A stretch of 64,000 nucleotides of DNA from an uncultured Chroococcidiopsis sp. (GTDB lineage Bacteria > Cyanobacteriota > Cyanobacteriia > Cyanobacteriales > Chroococcidiopsidaceae), in assembly GCA_964248365.1 (NCBI GenBank), contig CAXTYC010000006.1:64001-128000 (forward strand), written 5' to 3'. Under the pieces are notes generated by a model. The model saw only the letters and a list, made by a program, of their open reading frames with translations. It did not search any database and was not told the DNA's origin. The position numbers and the translations under genes are program-made. Shown in pieces: positions 52,459 to 63,279 of this stretch; the first letter of the stretch is position 1; the number at the start of each line of letters is the position of its first letter.

Positions 52459-54522
52459 TCAGGGACTAGAGGCTTTCTCCACAATGGGGACTGTGAAATG
52501 AAAGCGACTACCTCGGTCTTTACCATCTGATTCTGCCCAAATCTGACCGTTCCAGCTATTGACAATTTGACGACAAATTGCTAGTCCTAAACCAGTACCT
52601 CCCGTAGTGCGTCTCAGCGCCCCTTCTTCTTGATAAAACCGATCAAAGACAACTTCTAGGCGATTTGGTTCAATACCTCGTCCCGTGTCAGCGACAGTAA
52701 CTTGCAGCATGGAACCGCCGTTGCAATGAACCTCAATGGTAATCTGTCCCTCCGGCGGTGTAAATTTGCAAGCGTTATCTAATAGTTTGGCAAATACCTC
52801 AACTAGCCAATCACCATCAACTCTAACTAAAGGCAGATGATCTGGGATTTTGGTAATGACTTTGGGTAACTCCTCTATGGCAGAGCGGGTACGAATTCGG
52901 CTCATAGCAAGTTCAATACATTCTTCTAAGGGTAAAGTTTCTGGATGCCATTCGACTCGACCGCTTTCTAAGTTGGAAAGAGTGAGGAAATCTTGGATCA
53001 GTTTCCGCATCCGCTCCGAGTCAGCTAAGGCAGTGTTGAGCATTACCTGGCTCATTTCTTGCGGCATATCCGGTTCGTTGGCTAGGCTCTCCAAACATAC
53101 CTGAATGGTGGATAAAGGGGTACGAAGTTCGTGACCTGTAATCGCAATCAAATTGCTGCGGGTACGGTCAAGAGCTTCCAATTGCTGGTTGAAGTCTTCC
53201 AGGTTAGCGTAAGCTTCAGCTTGAATTAGCGCAGCTCCTACCTGGGTAGCGATCGCCTCTACCAATGATATTTCATTGGCTGTCCACTGGTGAGTCATGG
53301 GCTGGCAGTGATGTAACTCGATCATTCCCAACAACTTGCCCTGATACAATACTGGAACCATTAACCACGAACGAATGCCAAACTGACGAGTTATTTTCTG
53401 TAATATCTCAGAGCCAGTAACGCGAGAATCAGTTTGAGTGTCGGCAACATATAGCCGCTCTTGCTGTTGTACAACTTCTTGAAATAGGGGATTATTGTCT
53501 AATAACCACGTTTCCCCCAACAAGGATGGCGTTTGTGAACTCAAAAATTCATGATTAATTGTGGTAGTTTGATCGCTCTTGTGCGCGCGATAAATCAAAC
53601 ATCGACAAACAGAAAGTGCCTGTCCGAGTTCTTGCACTGCTACTTTGAGAATTTCCTGGGGGTGTAGGGGTTGACCTGTATTGTTACCTCGACGGATAGC
53701 AGCAGTGATTGAGTTTACTAGGCGCTCTTTCCTTTCCCCAATAGCGATCGAACGGTAGGCTTTAAGTAATTTGTACTGACCTGCTTGTAAATATGTCACC
53801 AAACGTTGAACAAACGGGTCAGAGTCAATCGGATGATAATCTTGCTGTTCAATATTTTTAGAACGATTGGCACTTTGAGGTGATAAGTTTGAGCTACCGA
53901 TCGATGGTTTTTTTGTTTTGGTTGATTTTGGCTTTTGTGGGAAGGTAAGTCCAAAGCGATCGCAAGCTAGCTTGATTTTAGCTGCTAACTCTGGTCTGTA
54001 ACTTAAAATTCGCTTCAATAAAAACTGGGCTACTATCGAGCTAATGTGAGGATCACTTGTCCAAATGCCTTCAAACTGGCGAGTTGGGTCCATATCCAAA
54101 CTTACAGGTAATTCTGGCGAGAGCTTGAGCGCACTCATCCCAAGACGTTCTCGACATACCAAGCAACTGGTATAATGCTCCCCAATTACCACTAAATGCC
54201 ATTCCTGACCCAGTGGCTCAGCCGGATCAAACGCGACTGTTTCATAGCAGTCAGAAGCATTGGTAAAGTCAGTTTCTGGGGCTGCTAATACATAAACTTG
54301 ATTAGTACGTTGAGCGAGGCGTTTGTAGCGGTGAGCTTCTTGACGATAAAAACGTTCGCGCTGGAAGCTAGCAATCAGCAAGGGATGCTCGCTGGTGGAA
54401 GCAAGTACTTGGTCTTCCATCGCATGAGACAGCGCTGTTAAAGAAGCCTTGAAATAAATTTGGGGACGCAGTTGGGGTACTGCCTGTAGCAGATCACTCA
54501 CCACTGAAGTCGGTATACTCAT
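52459..54522 (-). CDS. DICT-GAF sensor histidine kinase (Hik2-like)
   Basis: DICT-like N-terminus (LSHAMED, FQRERFY, EWHLVV); GAF; TGHELRTP; GTGLGL. Confidence 0.85.
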   Translation of the reverse strand: MSIPTSVVSDLLQAVPQLRPQIYFKASLTALSHAMEDQVLASTSEHPLLIASFQRERFYRQEAHRYKRLAQRTNQVYVLAAPETDFTNASDCYETVAFDPAEPLGQEWHLVVIGEHYTSCLVCRERLGMSALKLSPELPVSLDMDPTRQFEGIWTSDPHISSIVAQFLLKRILSYRPELAAKIKLACDRFGLTFPQKPKSTKTKKPSIGSSNLSPQSANRSKNIEQQDYHPIDSDPFVQRLVTYLQAGQYKLLKAYRSIAIGERKERLVNSITAAIRRGNNTGQPLHPQEILKVAVQELGQALSVCRCLIYRAHKSDQTTTINHEFLSSQTPSLLGETWLLDNNPLFQEVVQQQERLYVADTQTDSRVTGSEILQKITRQFGIRSWLMVPVLYQGKLLGMIELHHCQPMTHQWTANEISLVEAIATQVGAALIQAEAYANLEDFNQQLEALDRTRSNLIAITGHELRTPLSTIQVCLESLANEPDMPQEMSQVMLNTALADSERMRKLIQDFLTLSNLESGRVEWHPETLPLEECIELAMSRIRTRSAIEELPKVITKIPDHLPLVRVDGDWLVEVFAKLLDNACKFTPPEGQITIEVHCNGGSMLQVTVADTGRGIEPNRLEVVFDRFYQEEGALRRTTGGTGLGLAICRQIVNSWNGQIWAESDGKDRGSRFHFTVPIVEKASSP

Positions 54523-55059
54523 GAATGTCTTTGTTGCTCACTGCACCTCTCGTGTCCAGCCGCAAGGGTCATAGTTTTAGAGGAAACTGTTTTTCCACTG
54601 CATACTAAGCTTTGCGACCTGCTTTGTCGGAGAACCGTATGGGGCGCGATCGCGCCCCCTCGCATCATGGTTCTCTATCAACTTATCCTACCTTGATGGC
54701 GGGTGCAGGAGTTGTGGAGATATGGAACTTGGAGGAGTAGGGGAGAGGGGGAGCAGGGGGAGAAATTACCTTTACCGCAATACCTCTTTCCCCAGGTTCC
54801 TCTAGCCTAAGCGCCTTTACCCCTTTCCCCTTGCATCTAGCAAAGGTTATATATTTTATTAGTTGTAGATAGAAATTTTCTTTCCATCTCGATCTAAAAA
54901 GCCCATGTTCGAGGTTAAAGTCGCAGCAAACACATAATTGCGATAAAAAACTACATGATGAATAAGCATGACTAGTCAGTTCAAATACACCACCAGAGGT
55001 ATATTAAGCTTGGCTGTTTCTAGCAATACCTTCGCTCACTGCTATTTCTACATATAAAA

Positions 55060-56085
55060 ATGAAAATTGCCCAGATTGCTCCCCTCTGGGAGCGCGTTCC
55101 TCCCTTTCGCTATGGCGGTATTGAATTAATTGTCAGTTTACTTACTGATGAATTAGTCCGGCGCGGTCATGAAGTAACTTTATTTGCCTCTGGTGACTCA
55201 ATTACAACTGCCAAACTCGTTTCGGTTCACGGTCAAGCACTGCGGCTCGACCCCAGTATTAAAGAGCCTGGACTCTACGAGCAAATGATGCTGTCTGAGG
55301 TCTATACCAACGCCCATCATTTTGATATTATTCATTCTCATGTTGGCTGTGCTGCCCTGCCCTATACCAGTTTTGTCAAAACGCCAACAGTACACACTAT
55401 GCACGGCATCTTCACCCCAGATAACGAGAAGATGTTCCGACGCTTTGCCTGGCAGCCTTACATTAGCATTAGTGAGGCGCAGCGAGAACCCCGCTTAGGC
55501 TTAAACTACGTTCATACCGTCTACAACGGAATTGATACATCTATTTATCCGTTTGTGGCAACACCAAGTCAACCCGCTTACCTAGCTTTTATTGGTCGGC
55601 TTTCTCCAGAAAAAGGACCAATCGAGGCAATTAAAATTGCTCGTGCGTCCGGTATACCATTAAAAATGGCTGGTAAGATTGATGCTGTTGATCGAGAATA
55701 CTTTCGGGAGCAAATTGAGCCTAGTATTGATGGAGAGCACATTCAGTATCTAGGTGAAGTCTCCCTGGAGGAAAAAGTACAGCTTTTGGGAGGAGCTACT
55801 GCTACCTTGTTCCCGATTACCTGGCGAGAACCTTTTGGTTTAGTGATGATTGAGTCGATGGCAACGGGTACGCCTGTAATTGGTATGGGGCTAGGCTCAG
55901 TACCAGAAGTAATTGCCCACGAGAAAACAGGTTTTGTTTGCTATTCTTTGGAAAAAATGATCGAGGCTATTCCAGGGGTGACAAAATTAGACCGCCAGAC
56001 TTGCCGAGACTACGTTTTAAACCGCTTTAGTGTTGAGGCTATGACTAACGAGTATGAAAAGGTCTTTCAAGTGTTAGCAAGCTAA
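55060..56085 (+). CDS. Glycosyltransferase family 4
   Basis: VPPFRYGGIE, GRLSPEKG, EPFGLVMIESM motifs. Confidence 0.93.
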   Translation: MKIAQIAPLWERVPPFRYGGIELIVSLLTDELVRRGHEVTLFASGDSITTAKLVSVHGQALRLDPSIKEPGLYEQMMLSEVYTNAHHFDIIHSHVGCAALPYTSFVKTPTVHTMHGIFTPDNEKMFRRFAWQPYISISEAQREPRLGLNYVHTVYNGIDTSIYPFVATPSQPAYLAFIGRLSPEKGPIEAIKIARASGIPLKMAGKIDAVDREYFREQIEPSIDGEHIQYLGEVSLEEKVQLLGGATATLFPITWREPFGLVMIESMATGTPVIGMGLGSVPEVIAHEKTGFVCYSLEKMIEAIPGVTKLDRQTCRDYVLNRFSVEAMTNEYEKVFQVLAS

Positions 56086-56899
56086 CAAATTTTCCCTGGG
56101 CGGGTTTATAGATGACTTCACCTAAAAGGGGAAGGGGACAAGGGAAAATCCGAGTGATGAGTGATTCAATCCCCAACTCGACTGTTCTCCCCTTTTACTT
56201 TGATTCCTATCTATTAATAAACCCGCCTTGCTCAGCCTTTAACTTAAAGATAAAGTATTTAAATCTTATTTGTATTAAAATTAACAAGTTGTAAATAGGC
56301 TTAAACTTATTTAAAATAAATTTATGTAGTCTGATTAACTTGCCTGCTCTTGGCTAATCAGGAAAACTAAATAATAATTAACAGTTTACAGCGAAATTTG
56401 CCAGTACAAATAGTATGAAAAGCTACAAAAGGCAACTGATAACTGACGGACAATCTTGCGGCTTGCCGCCAAGTGCGGGTAAAAAGATAACAACTCACCA
56501 AAAGGCAAGGGGCAAGAGGAACCAGAGGAACCAGAGGCGCTCGTGCGCTCGTGCGAGAGGCTAGATTTTTCGTTTGTTTCGGTGATTTATGTGATCAGTA
56601 GATCTTTTTCCTCGTGCCGGACTTCGTCCCGCAACGCTTACGTGCCTCTTGCCTCGTACCTCTCGCCTCTGAAAAACAATTTTGCCAAAATTAGGATTCA
56701 TAAACCAAACCAGGGGTTGGGATAAAGTTAGAAAGCTTTAATTTAAGTTCTGATCGAAAGCTGTTAAAGCTAATTGATGAGAATTTTAAGAAAATTTAAA
56801 ATGTAAGTAGTTTTACTTAAAAATTTTGTGGTTGTAAACGCTATAAATATCCCACAGTAGCACCTGAAAACTCATAATCTTGAAGCAAAAATTTTGCGA

Positions 56900-59197
56900 A
56901 TGACACCAGATACGCTAACGACATCAGAAAAGCTGGAACTGGACGGTAAAGTATTTGTCCCCGCCCAACAGCTACCTATTCCAGAATGGCCCTGTGTATT
57001 GAGTGAAAGACCGCAGCCGACACTCACAGTCAAAGATGATGACTTATTTTTAGTTACAGATACTATAGGGAATATTTCTGGCTGCTTGGTGGACGATCGC
57101 TCATCTAGCATGGGACTATTTTGCGCGGATACCAGATTTCTCAGTCGCCTAGAGTTACAGATTGAGGGGCGATCGCCCTTGCTACTCAGTAGTACCGCCG
57201 ACAAAGGATTTGTCCTCTCGGTTTTGTGTACCAATCCCACAATCGAAGGTAGCTTGTCAGCAGATACCTTGGGGATTCGGCGGGAAATTGTACTCAATGG
57301 AGCCTTGTTTGAGGAGATAGAAATATCTAATTATAGCACAAGTGCGGTTAGCTTTGAATTGAGTCTTAGCTTTGATGCGGATTTCGTTGATTTATTTGAA
57401 ATCCGAGGCTTTGGACGTGAGAAACGAGGAAAACTTCTCCGCCTGGTCGAACTTGATGGCAAAAAACTGGAAAACTTAGAAAATTATCAAGAAAATACAT
57501 CCCTCACCCCTCGCCCCTCACCCCTCACCCCTCAAAAAGGGCTGACCCTTGCCTATCAAGGTTTGGATGGGGCGGTGATGGAATCGCTGATCGAGTTTGG
57601 GTATCATCAGCCTGACTATTTCAAAGGTTATACAGCGATTTGGCGGATAGATTTGGCAAGCCATGAAACCAAAAAATTGGGTTATCGGCTGTCGATGTCG
57701 ATAAACAAATGCTCTGCCTCTACCGTCCATGCTGCTGCTACCCTAGTACAAGCTAAGGCAGCTGAGTTTTTAGAAGAGCAACATTGGTGTCACCAAAGTA
57801 CGCAGATTCGTTCGGATAAAGCTACCTTCAATCGCGCGATCGAAAGAGCTGAGCAAGATATGTTTTTGCTGCGACAGTCTATAGGTAAGCATAAGACTGT
57901 TTCAGCTGGAGTGCCTTGGTATTCAACATTGTTTGGGCGGGATTCGCTGATTACAGCATCACAAACACTCATGTTGAATCCAGCGACCGCTAGGGAAACA
58001 TTGTTTCTCTTAGCCGCCTATCAAGGTAAAATCGAAGATGATTGGCGGGAAGAAGAACCAGGAAAGATTTTGCACGAACTGCGGTTTGGGGAAATGGCGC
58101 GTTGTCAAGAAATTCCCCATACGCCTTACTACGGCACTGTCGATGCTACTCCTTTGTGGCTAATGCTGTATGCGGAATACTATGCTTGGACTCACGATCT
58201 TGAAACTCTAGAACGGCTGTGGTCTAATGCAATGGCTGCAATGGATTGGATTGATCGTAACTGCCAACAGACAGGCTACCTTAGCTACGAGCGCAAATCT
58301 GCGCGTGGTCTAGTTAACCAAGGGTGGAAAGACTCTGGCGACTGTATTGTCAATCGCAAGGGACAACTAGCGACCGGACCAATTGCCTTGTGCGAGGTGC
58401 AAGCTTATGTTTATGCGGCAAAAGTGCGATTGGCAGAAATTGCCCGCATGAAAAAGCGGATTGATTTAGCAGACAAATGGCAAGAGGACGCTAAGGAACT
58501 CAAAAGTCGCTTTAATCGAGACTTTTGGATGACAGATCAGGATTTCTGCGCTCTGGCTTTGGATGGAGAAGGCAAACGGGTAGATAGTATTACCTCGAAT
58601 CCTGGTCAATGTCTATATTATGGCATTCTCGCACCGGAAAAAGCGTACAGCGTGGCAGAGCGCCTTCGAGCGCCGGATATGTTCAATGGTTGGGGTATTC
58701 GCACTTTGAGCAGTTTGTCCCCTGCTTATAATCCTATGGGTTATCACATTGGGTCGGTGTGGCCCCACGATAACTCAATTATTGCGATGGGATTGCGATC
58801 GCTCGGATTAATCGATCAAGCTTTGGAAGTCTTTCAAGGTTTGTTTGATATGACTTTGTGCCAGCCTTATCAGCGACCCCCCGAACTGTTCTGCGGCTAC
58901 GAGCGTAACAACGATAGCGACCCTGTACAGTATCCCGTTGCTTGCACTCCCCAAGCTTGGGCTACTGGTAGTGTCTTCCAGCTATTACAAATGATTGTAA
59001 ATCTAGTCCCTGACGCTCAGAATAACTGCCTGCGGATTATTGACCCAGCTTTACCAGAGTCGATTAATCAGCTTTCTGTGCATAATTTGCGTGTTGGTCC
59101 GACTTTGCTGGATCTGGAATTTGAGCGCTCTGGCAGTACTACCGCTTGCCGTGTTGCTAAAAAACGCGGAAATTTGCGCGTTGTGATTGAAGCTTAA
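56900..59197 (+). CDS. Amylo-alpha-1,6-glucosidase (GDE-like) family hydrolase
   Basis: AGVPWYSTLFGRD, EEPGKILHE, YYGTVDAT, NQGWKDS, YHIGSVWPHD, PQAWA motifs. Confidence 0.9.
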   Translation: MTPDTLTTSEKLELDGKVFVPAQQLPIPEWPCVLSERPQPTLTVKDDDLFLVTDTIGNISGCLVDDRSSSMGLFCADTRFLSRLELQIEGRSPLLLSSTADKGFVLSVLCTNPTIEGSLSADTLGIRREIVLNGALFEEIEISNYSTSAVSFELSLSFDADFVDLFEIRGFGREKRGKLLRLVELDGKKLENLENYQENTSLTPRPSPLTPQKGLTLAYQGLDGAVMESLIEFGYHQPDYFKGYTAIWRIDLASHETKKLGYRLSMSINKCSASTVHAAATLVQAKAAEFLEEQHWCHQSTQIRSDKATFNRAIERAEQDMFLLRQSIGKHKTVSAGVPWYSTLFGRDSLITASQTLMLNPATARETLFLLAAYQGKIEDDWREEEPGKILHELRFGEMARCQEIPHTPYYGTVDATPLWLMLYAEYYAWTHDLETLERLWSNAMAAMDWIDRNCQQTGYLSYERKSARGLVNQGWKDSGDCIVNRKGQLATGPIALCEVQAYVYAAKVRLAEIARMKKRIDLADKWQEDAKELKSRFNRDFWMTDQDFCALALDGEGKRVDSITSNPGQCLYYGILAPEKAYSVAERLRAPDMFNGWGIRTLSSLSPAYNPMGYHIGSVWPHDNSIIAMGLRSLGLIDQALEVFQGLFDMTLCQPYQRPPELFCGYERNNDSDPVQYPVACTPQAWATGSVFQLLQMIVNLVPDAQNNCLRIIDPALPESINQLSVHNLRVGPTLLDLEFERSGSTTACRVAKKRGNLRVVIEA

Positions 59198-59507
59198 ACT
59201 AGGGGCGGTCGGCTGGGGGCTAGGGGCTAGGGCAAGAAAAGGACAAGGGGACAAGGGGACAAGGTGACAAGGTGAAACTTCAATCATACTCCCCCCTCTC
59301 CCCATCTGTGTGTCCCCCCATCCTCTCTCTAGTCCCCAACCCCTAGCCCCTAGCCCCTCTCATGTGTAACAAACTATTGCTAGTTGTTAAGGCTTGTATA
59401 GTTTGCGATCGTTTTCTCGCTGTTTATCGTTGATGTATATCTACAGCGGGATGCTAAGAAAAGAAAATTAATGTTAACCAACATTCCCTCACCCTAATAG
59501 GCTGGCT

Positions 59508-62453
59508 ATGGAGCAAATCGGTTGGACGGTTATTGAAACACAGTTTGATGCAGCCGAACTGCATCACAAGGAAACACTATTTACAATTGGCAATGGCTAC
59601 CTGGGTACGAGGGGTACTTTTGAAGAAGATTATCCAGGCTCAAACGGGGCTACCTTTATTCACGGCGTTTATGACGACGCGCCAGTAGTAACAACCGAAC
59701 TAGTTAATTGCCCTGACTGGTTGCCACTGGTGATTGTGGTGGGGGGCGAAGTCTTCGGTCTTGATTCTGGTGAGATATTGGGCTATCAGCGTCAGTTAGA
59801 CTTGCGCTGGGGTATAGTCAGCCGCGATGTACTGTGGCGTAGCCCGAATGGTCATACAGTATATCTTCATTTTGAGCGTATGACCAGTATGGCAGATGAA
59901 CACGTATTAGTGTTGCGCTGCCAAGTCACGCCGATAGATTTCGAGGGAGAAATCGAAGTTGAGGCTAGTTTCAACACCCAACCGAATAATCATGGCGCAG
60001 AACATTGGGAATGTTTGCAGCACGATGGAAAGGATAATCGCCTTTGGTTCCATATGCGCTGCCCCAGCTCCAATATAGAGTTAAGCATGGCTTGCCAGCT
60101 AACTTGCTCAGAAGAGACAGCCCTTGTGCAAGTGAGGGGTAAAGACAGCAATCCGAAATTGACAACAAGCTTCCAGGCTCACCCCAATCAGACAGTGACT
60201 TTAGAAAAAAAGGTTAGTGTTTTTACTTCAAGAGATGTGAGTGAGCCATTGCAAGCAGCCCAAGAGCGGCTAGCGAGTTTACCCAGTTACACCACCCTGC
60301 TAGCAGCTCACGGAGCAATTTGGGATGAATTGTGGCAGGACAGTGATGTCAAAATTGAGGGCGACACCACTGCCCAAATTGCTGTCCGTTACAATTTGTT
60401 TCAGCTACTTGCCGCTGCACCTCGCCATGACGAAAGAGTAAGTATCCCAGCAAAAACACTGTCTGGATTTGCCTACCGAGGTCATGTGTTTTGGGATACA
60501 GAAATTTTTATCGTTCCCTTCCTCAGCTTGACGCAGCCGCAAATCGCCCGTAATTTGTTGTCCTATCGCTACCATACTTTGGCAGGTGCGAGGCGCAAAG
60601 CAAAAGAAGCTGGTTATGAAGGAGCAATGTTTGCTTGGGAAAGTGCCACTACTGGTGACGAGGTAACTCCCCGTTGGGTACACGATCCAAATGGTAATCC
60701 AGTGCGTATTTGGTGCGGTGATATTGAAGTGCATATTAACGCTGATATCGCTTATGCCGTTTGGCAATATTGGCTTGTGAGTGGGGATAACCAATGGATG
60801 CGCGATCGCGGAGCTGAGATAATATTAGATACTGCGGTATTTTGGGCTAGCCGAGTCGAGTGGAATAGCGATCGCAATTGTTACGAAATTCGGGATGTGA
60901 TCGGTCCTGATGAAAACCACGAACAGGTAAACAACAACGTCTTTACTAACCGAATGGTGCAATGGCACATGGAAACTGCCCTTGCTACCTTGGAATGGTT
61001 GCGTGGATATGATGTTAAAAAAGCAGATCATCTAGAGCAGCAACTTAACCTCACACCCCAGCGGCTCAAGCATTGGACACATATCATTAGTCATATCCTA
61101 CTGTTACACGACTGGGATACTGGCTTAACTGAACAGTTTGAGGGTTTCTTTAACCTAGAAGACGTTAACCTAACTGATTACGAGTGGCGTACCAAGTCAA
61201 TGCAAGCTCTTTTGGGCATTCAACAGACAAACTCTAGTCAAATATTAAAGCAGCCAGATGTTTTGATGCTGCTTTACTTGCTGCGTGAGTCAACTTTGCC
61301 TACGCGCCTTACTCCTAGCGAGTACCAAAAAATACTTAGCACAAACTGGGATTACTACACTCCTCGTACCGACCACACTTATGGTTCTTCTCTAGGTCCT
61401 GCCATTAACGCGATTTTAGCTTGTGACTTGGACAAGAGCGCTGATGCATATGAACACTTTATGCGAGCAGCGCTGGTAGATCTCAAAGATGTGCGGAAAA
61501 ATGCCTGTGAAGGTATTCACGCCGCTTCTTGTGGTGGGGTATGGCAGGCGGTAGTCTTTGGTTTTGCTGGTGTACGTCTAACTGGGACAGGACCAAAGGT
61601 GTTAACTCCTCACCTACCTGAATGCTGGACACGCTTACAGTTCAAACTTCGCTGGCAAAATCAGTGGTATGACTTTGATATAGCAAGGACAACAGATGGG
61701 AATCAGGTAGTCATGACCACTGACAACAAGACTAATGCAGATATTTCTATTAACCATCAGTCTGCTCCACCAATCAAGGGTGTAATTTTCGACCTGGATG
61801 GTGTGCTAACTGACACGTCGGAATTTCACTATCAAAGTTGGAAGCAGCTAGCGGACGAAGAAGGAATTCCATTTGACCGCGAAGCTAATGAGAAAATGCG
61901 AGGTTTGGCAAGGCGAGAATCACTGTTGCAACTTTTAGGCGAAGGGCGAGTAAGTGAAGCAGAACTGAAAGAAATGATGGCGCGTAAGAACGGCTATTAT
62001 GAGAAATTGATTCAGGCACTTACCCCAGCTAACTTGCTACCAGGAGCGTTGGAATTATTGAACGAATTGCGCTCCTGCGGTATTAAAGTGGGTATCGGTT
62101 CATCGAGTAAAAATGCCCACACTGTTATTCAACGTTTGGGCATTGCTGACTTGATAGATGCAACGGCTGATGGCTACAGTGTAGAGCGGCACAAACCAGC
62201 TCCTGATGTATTCCTCCATGCAGCGAAGCAACTAGGGCTGGAACCATCACAATGCGTAGTTGTAGAAGATGCTGATTCTGGTGTTGCTGCTGCTTTGGCT
62301 GCCGGAATGTGGGCTGTCGGTCTTGGTCCGGTTGAGCGCGTAGGTGCGGCTCATGTTGTGCTAAACAGCTTGGCAGGGGTTCACTGGTCTGACCTGCAAA
62401 GGTTACTTCAGCAAAGCCACAATACGCTCTATGCTACTCCTGTGGCTGGCTAA
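59508..62453 (+). CDS. GH65 glycoside phosphorylase fused to beta-phosphoglucomutase
   Basis: GNGYLG.RG, GHVFWDTE, VIGPDE, KQPDV; C-terminal HAD domain FDLDGVLTDT and KPAPD. Confidence 0.92.
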   Translation: MEQIGWTVIETQFDAAELHHKETLFTIGNGYLGTRGTFEEDYPGSNGATFIHGVYDDAPVVTTELVNCPDWLPLVIVVGGEVFGLDSGEILGYQRQLDLRWGIVSRDVLWRSPNGHTVYLHFERMTSMADEHVLVLRCQVTPIDFEGEIEVEASFNTQPNNHGAEHWECLQHDGKDNRLWFHMRCPSSNIELSMACQLTCSEETALVQVRGKDSNPKLTTSFQAHPNQTVTLEKKVSVFTSRDVSEPLQAAQERLASLPSYTTLLAAHGAIWDELWQDSDVKIEGDTTAQIAVRYNLFQLLAAAPRHDERVSIPAKTLSGFAYRGHVFWDTEIFIVPFLSLTQPQIARNLLSYRYHTLAGARRKAKEAGYEGAMFAWESATTGDEVTPRWVHDPNGNPVRIWCGDIEVHINADIAYAVWQYWLVSGDNQWMRDRGAEIILDTAVFWASRVEWNSDRNCYEIRDVIGPDENHEQVNNNVFTNRMVQWHMETALATLEWLRGYDVKKADHLEQQLNLTPQRLKHWTHIISHILLLHDWDTGLTEQFEGFFNLEDVNLTDYEWRTKSMQALLGIQQTNSSQILKQPDVLMLLYLLRESTLPTRLTPSEYQKILSTNWDYYTPRTDHTYGSSLGPAINAILACDLDKSADAYEHFMRAALVDLKDVRKNACEGIHAASCGGVWQAVVFGFAGVRLTGTGPKVLTPHLPECWTRLQFKLRWQNQWYDFDIARTTDGNQVVMTTDNKTNADISINHQSAPPIKGVIFDLDGVLTDTSEFHYQSWKQLADEEGIPFDREANEKMRGLARRESLLQLLGEGRVSEAELKEMMARKNGYYEKLIQALTPANLLPGALELLNELRSCGIKVGIGSSSKNAHTVIQRLGIADLIDATADGYSVERHKPAPDVFLHAAKQLGLEPSQCVVVEDADSGVAAALAAGMWAVGLGPVERVGAAHVVLNSLAGVHWSDLQRLLQQSHNTLYATPVAG

Positions 62454-62480
62454 GTGTAGGGTGGGCATTGCCCACCTTTT

Positions 62481-62640
62481 ATGGTGTGTTACGGCGCGAA
62501 TTATATCTTTGGAAATGAAAATACAGTATTTCTGTGCGCCTAACTTACTACCACTACTAATGGTGCTTGTGCGGCGCAAATTAGATTTTTTGGAAGTGAA
62601 ACAATAGTATTTCTGTGCGCCTAACTTACTACCACTACTA
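62481..62640. repeat. Two tandem ~80-bp imperfect repeats
   Basis: Both end in AGTATTTCTGTGCGCCTAACTTACTACCACTACTA (62481-62559 and 62560-62640). Confidence 0.85.
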
Positions 62641-62760
62641 CCACTTCTTCAGCCAAGCCAAAAGAAACTCTATGCTACTACTCCTGTGGCTGGCTAATTG
62701 TCAGGTGGGCAATTTGTAAGGTGGGCAATGCCCACCCTACTTATTACTAACAGCTAATAG

Positions 62761-63279
62761 CTAATGGCTAACAGCTAACAGCTTTTTGGCACGTTGTACC
62801 TCTTGCTCTGTGCCATTTACTATTACTAAATACTCTTCGGGGGAAAGGCGATCGCCATTAATGGCTCGTTGTGAGGACACCCCAGGACAATTACAAACTG
62901 AAATCACCCCACCAGTTGCTAAACCGATACCAGCACCTGCAAGGGTAGAGGCTAAAGCTGTTCCTACCGCGCTACCAATTGCTATGGCAGGAGCAACGCC
63001 TGGTATTGACAAAATTCCAATAGTCATTAAGCAACCGCCTAAAGCTCCCACTATACTGCCTGTAATCATTGCACAAGGAGCATTTGTTGCTGACGTGTCT
63101 CTACTCGCCTGAGTTTTCCTAATCGCCTCTTCTAGCTGCTCAAGTAGCTCTGATTCTTTGTTTACCAATGAAAGGCGAGTAATTGGGAACCCTGCACAGT
63201 ATAAATGTTTGAGCGCCTGTTCTGCATCAGAGCGTGTGGTAAATGTACCAACAGCACTTCTTTCTTGAACTGAAACCAT
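62761..63279 (-). CDS. General stress protein (YflT-like, glycine zipper)
   Basis: AVGTF....AEQAL..L...GF motif; Gly-rich TM hairpin IPGVAP. Confidence 0.75.
   Translation of the reverse strand: MVSVQERSAVGTFTTRSDAEQALKHLYCAGFPITRLSLVNKESELLEQLEEAIRKTQASRDTSATNAPCAMITGSIVGALGGCLMTIGILSIPGVAPAIAIGSAVGTALASTLAGAGIGLATGGVISVCNCPGVSSQRAINGDRLSPEEYLVIVNGTEQEVQRAKKLLAVSH

Noticed and set aside
62481..62640. 35-bp identical segment repeated at ~80-bp period, CRISPR-like spacing
   Set aside because: Only two units, and the intervening sequences are homologous to each other, so it is a tandem duplication.
10534..63112. Many short antisense or alternate-frame ORFs inside long genes
   Set aside because: Shadow ORFs within well-supported genes, with no recognisable motifs.
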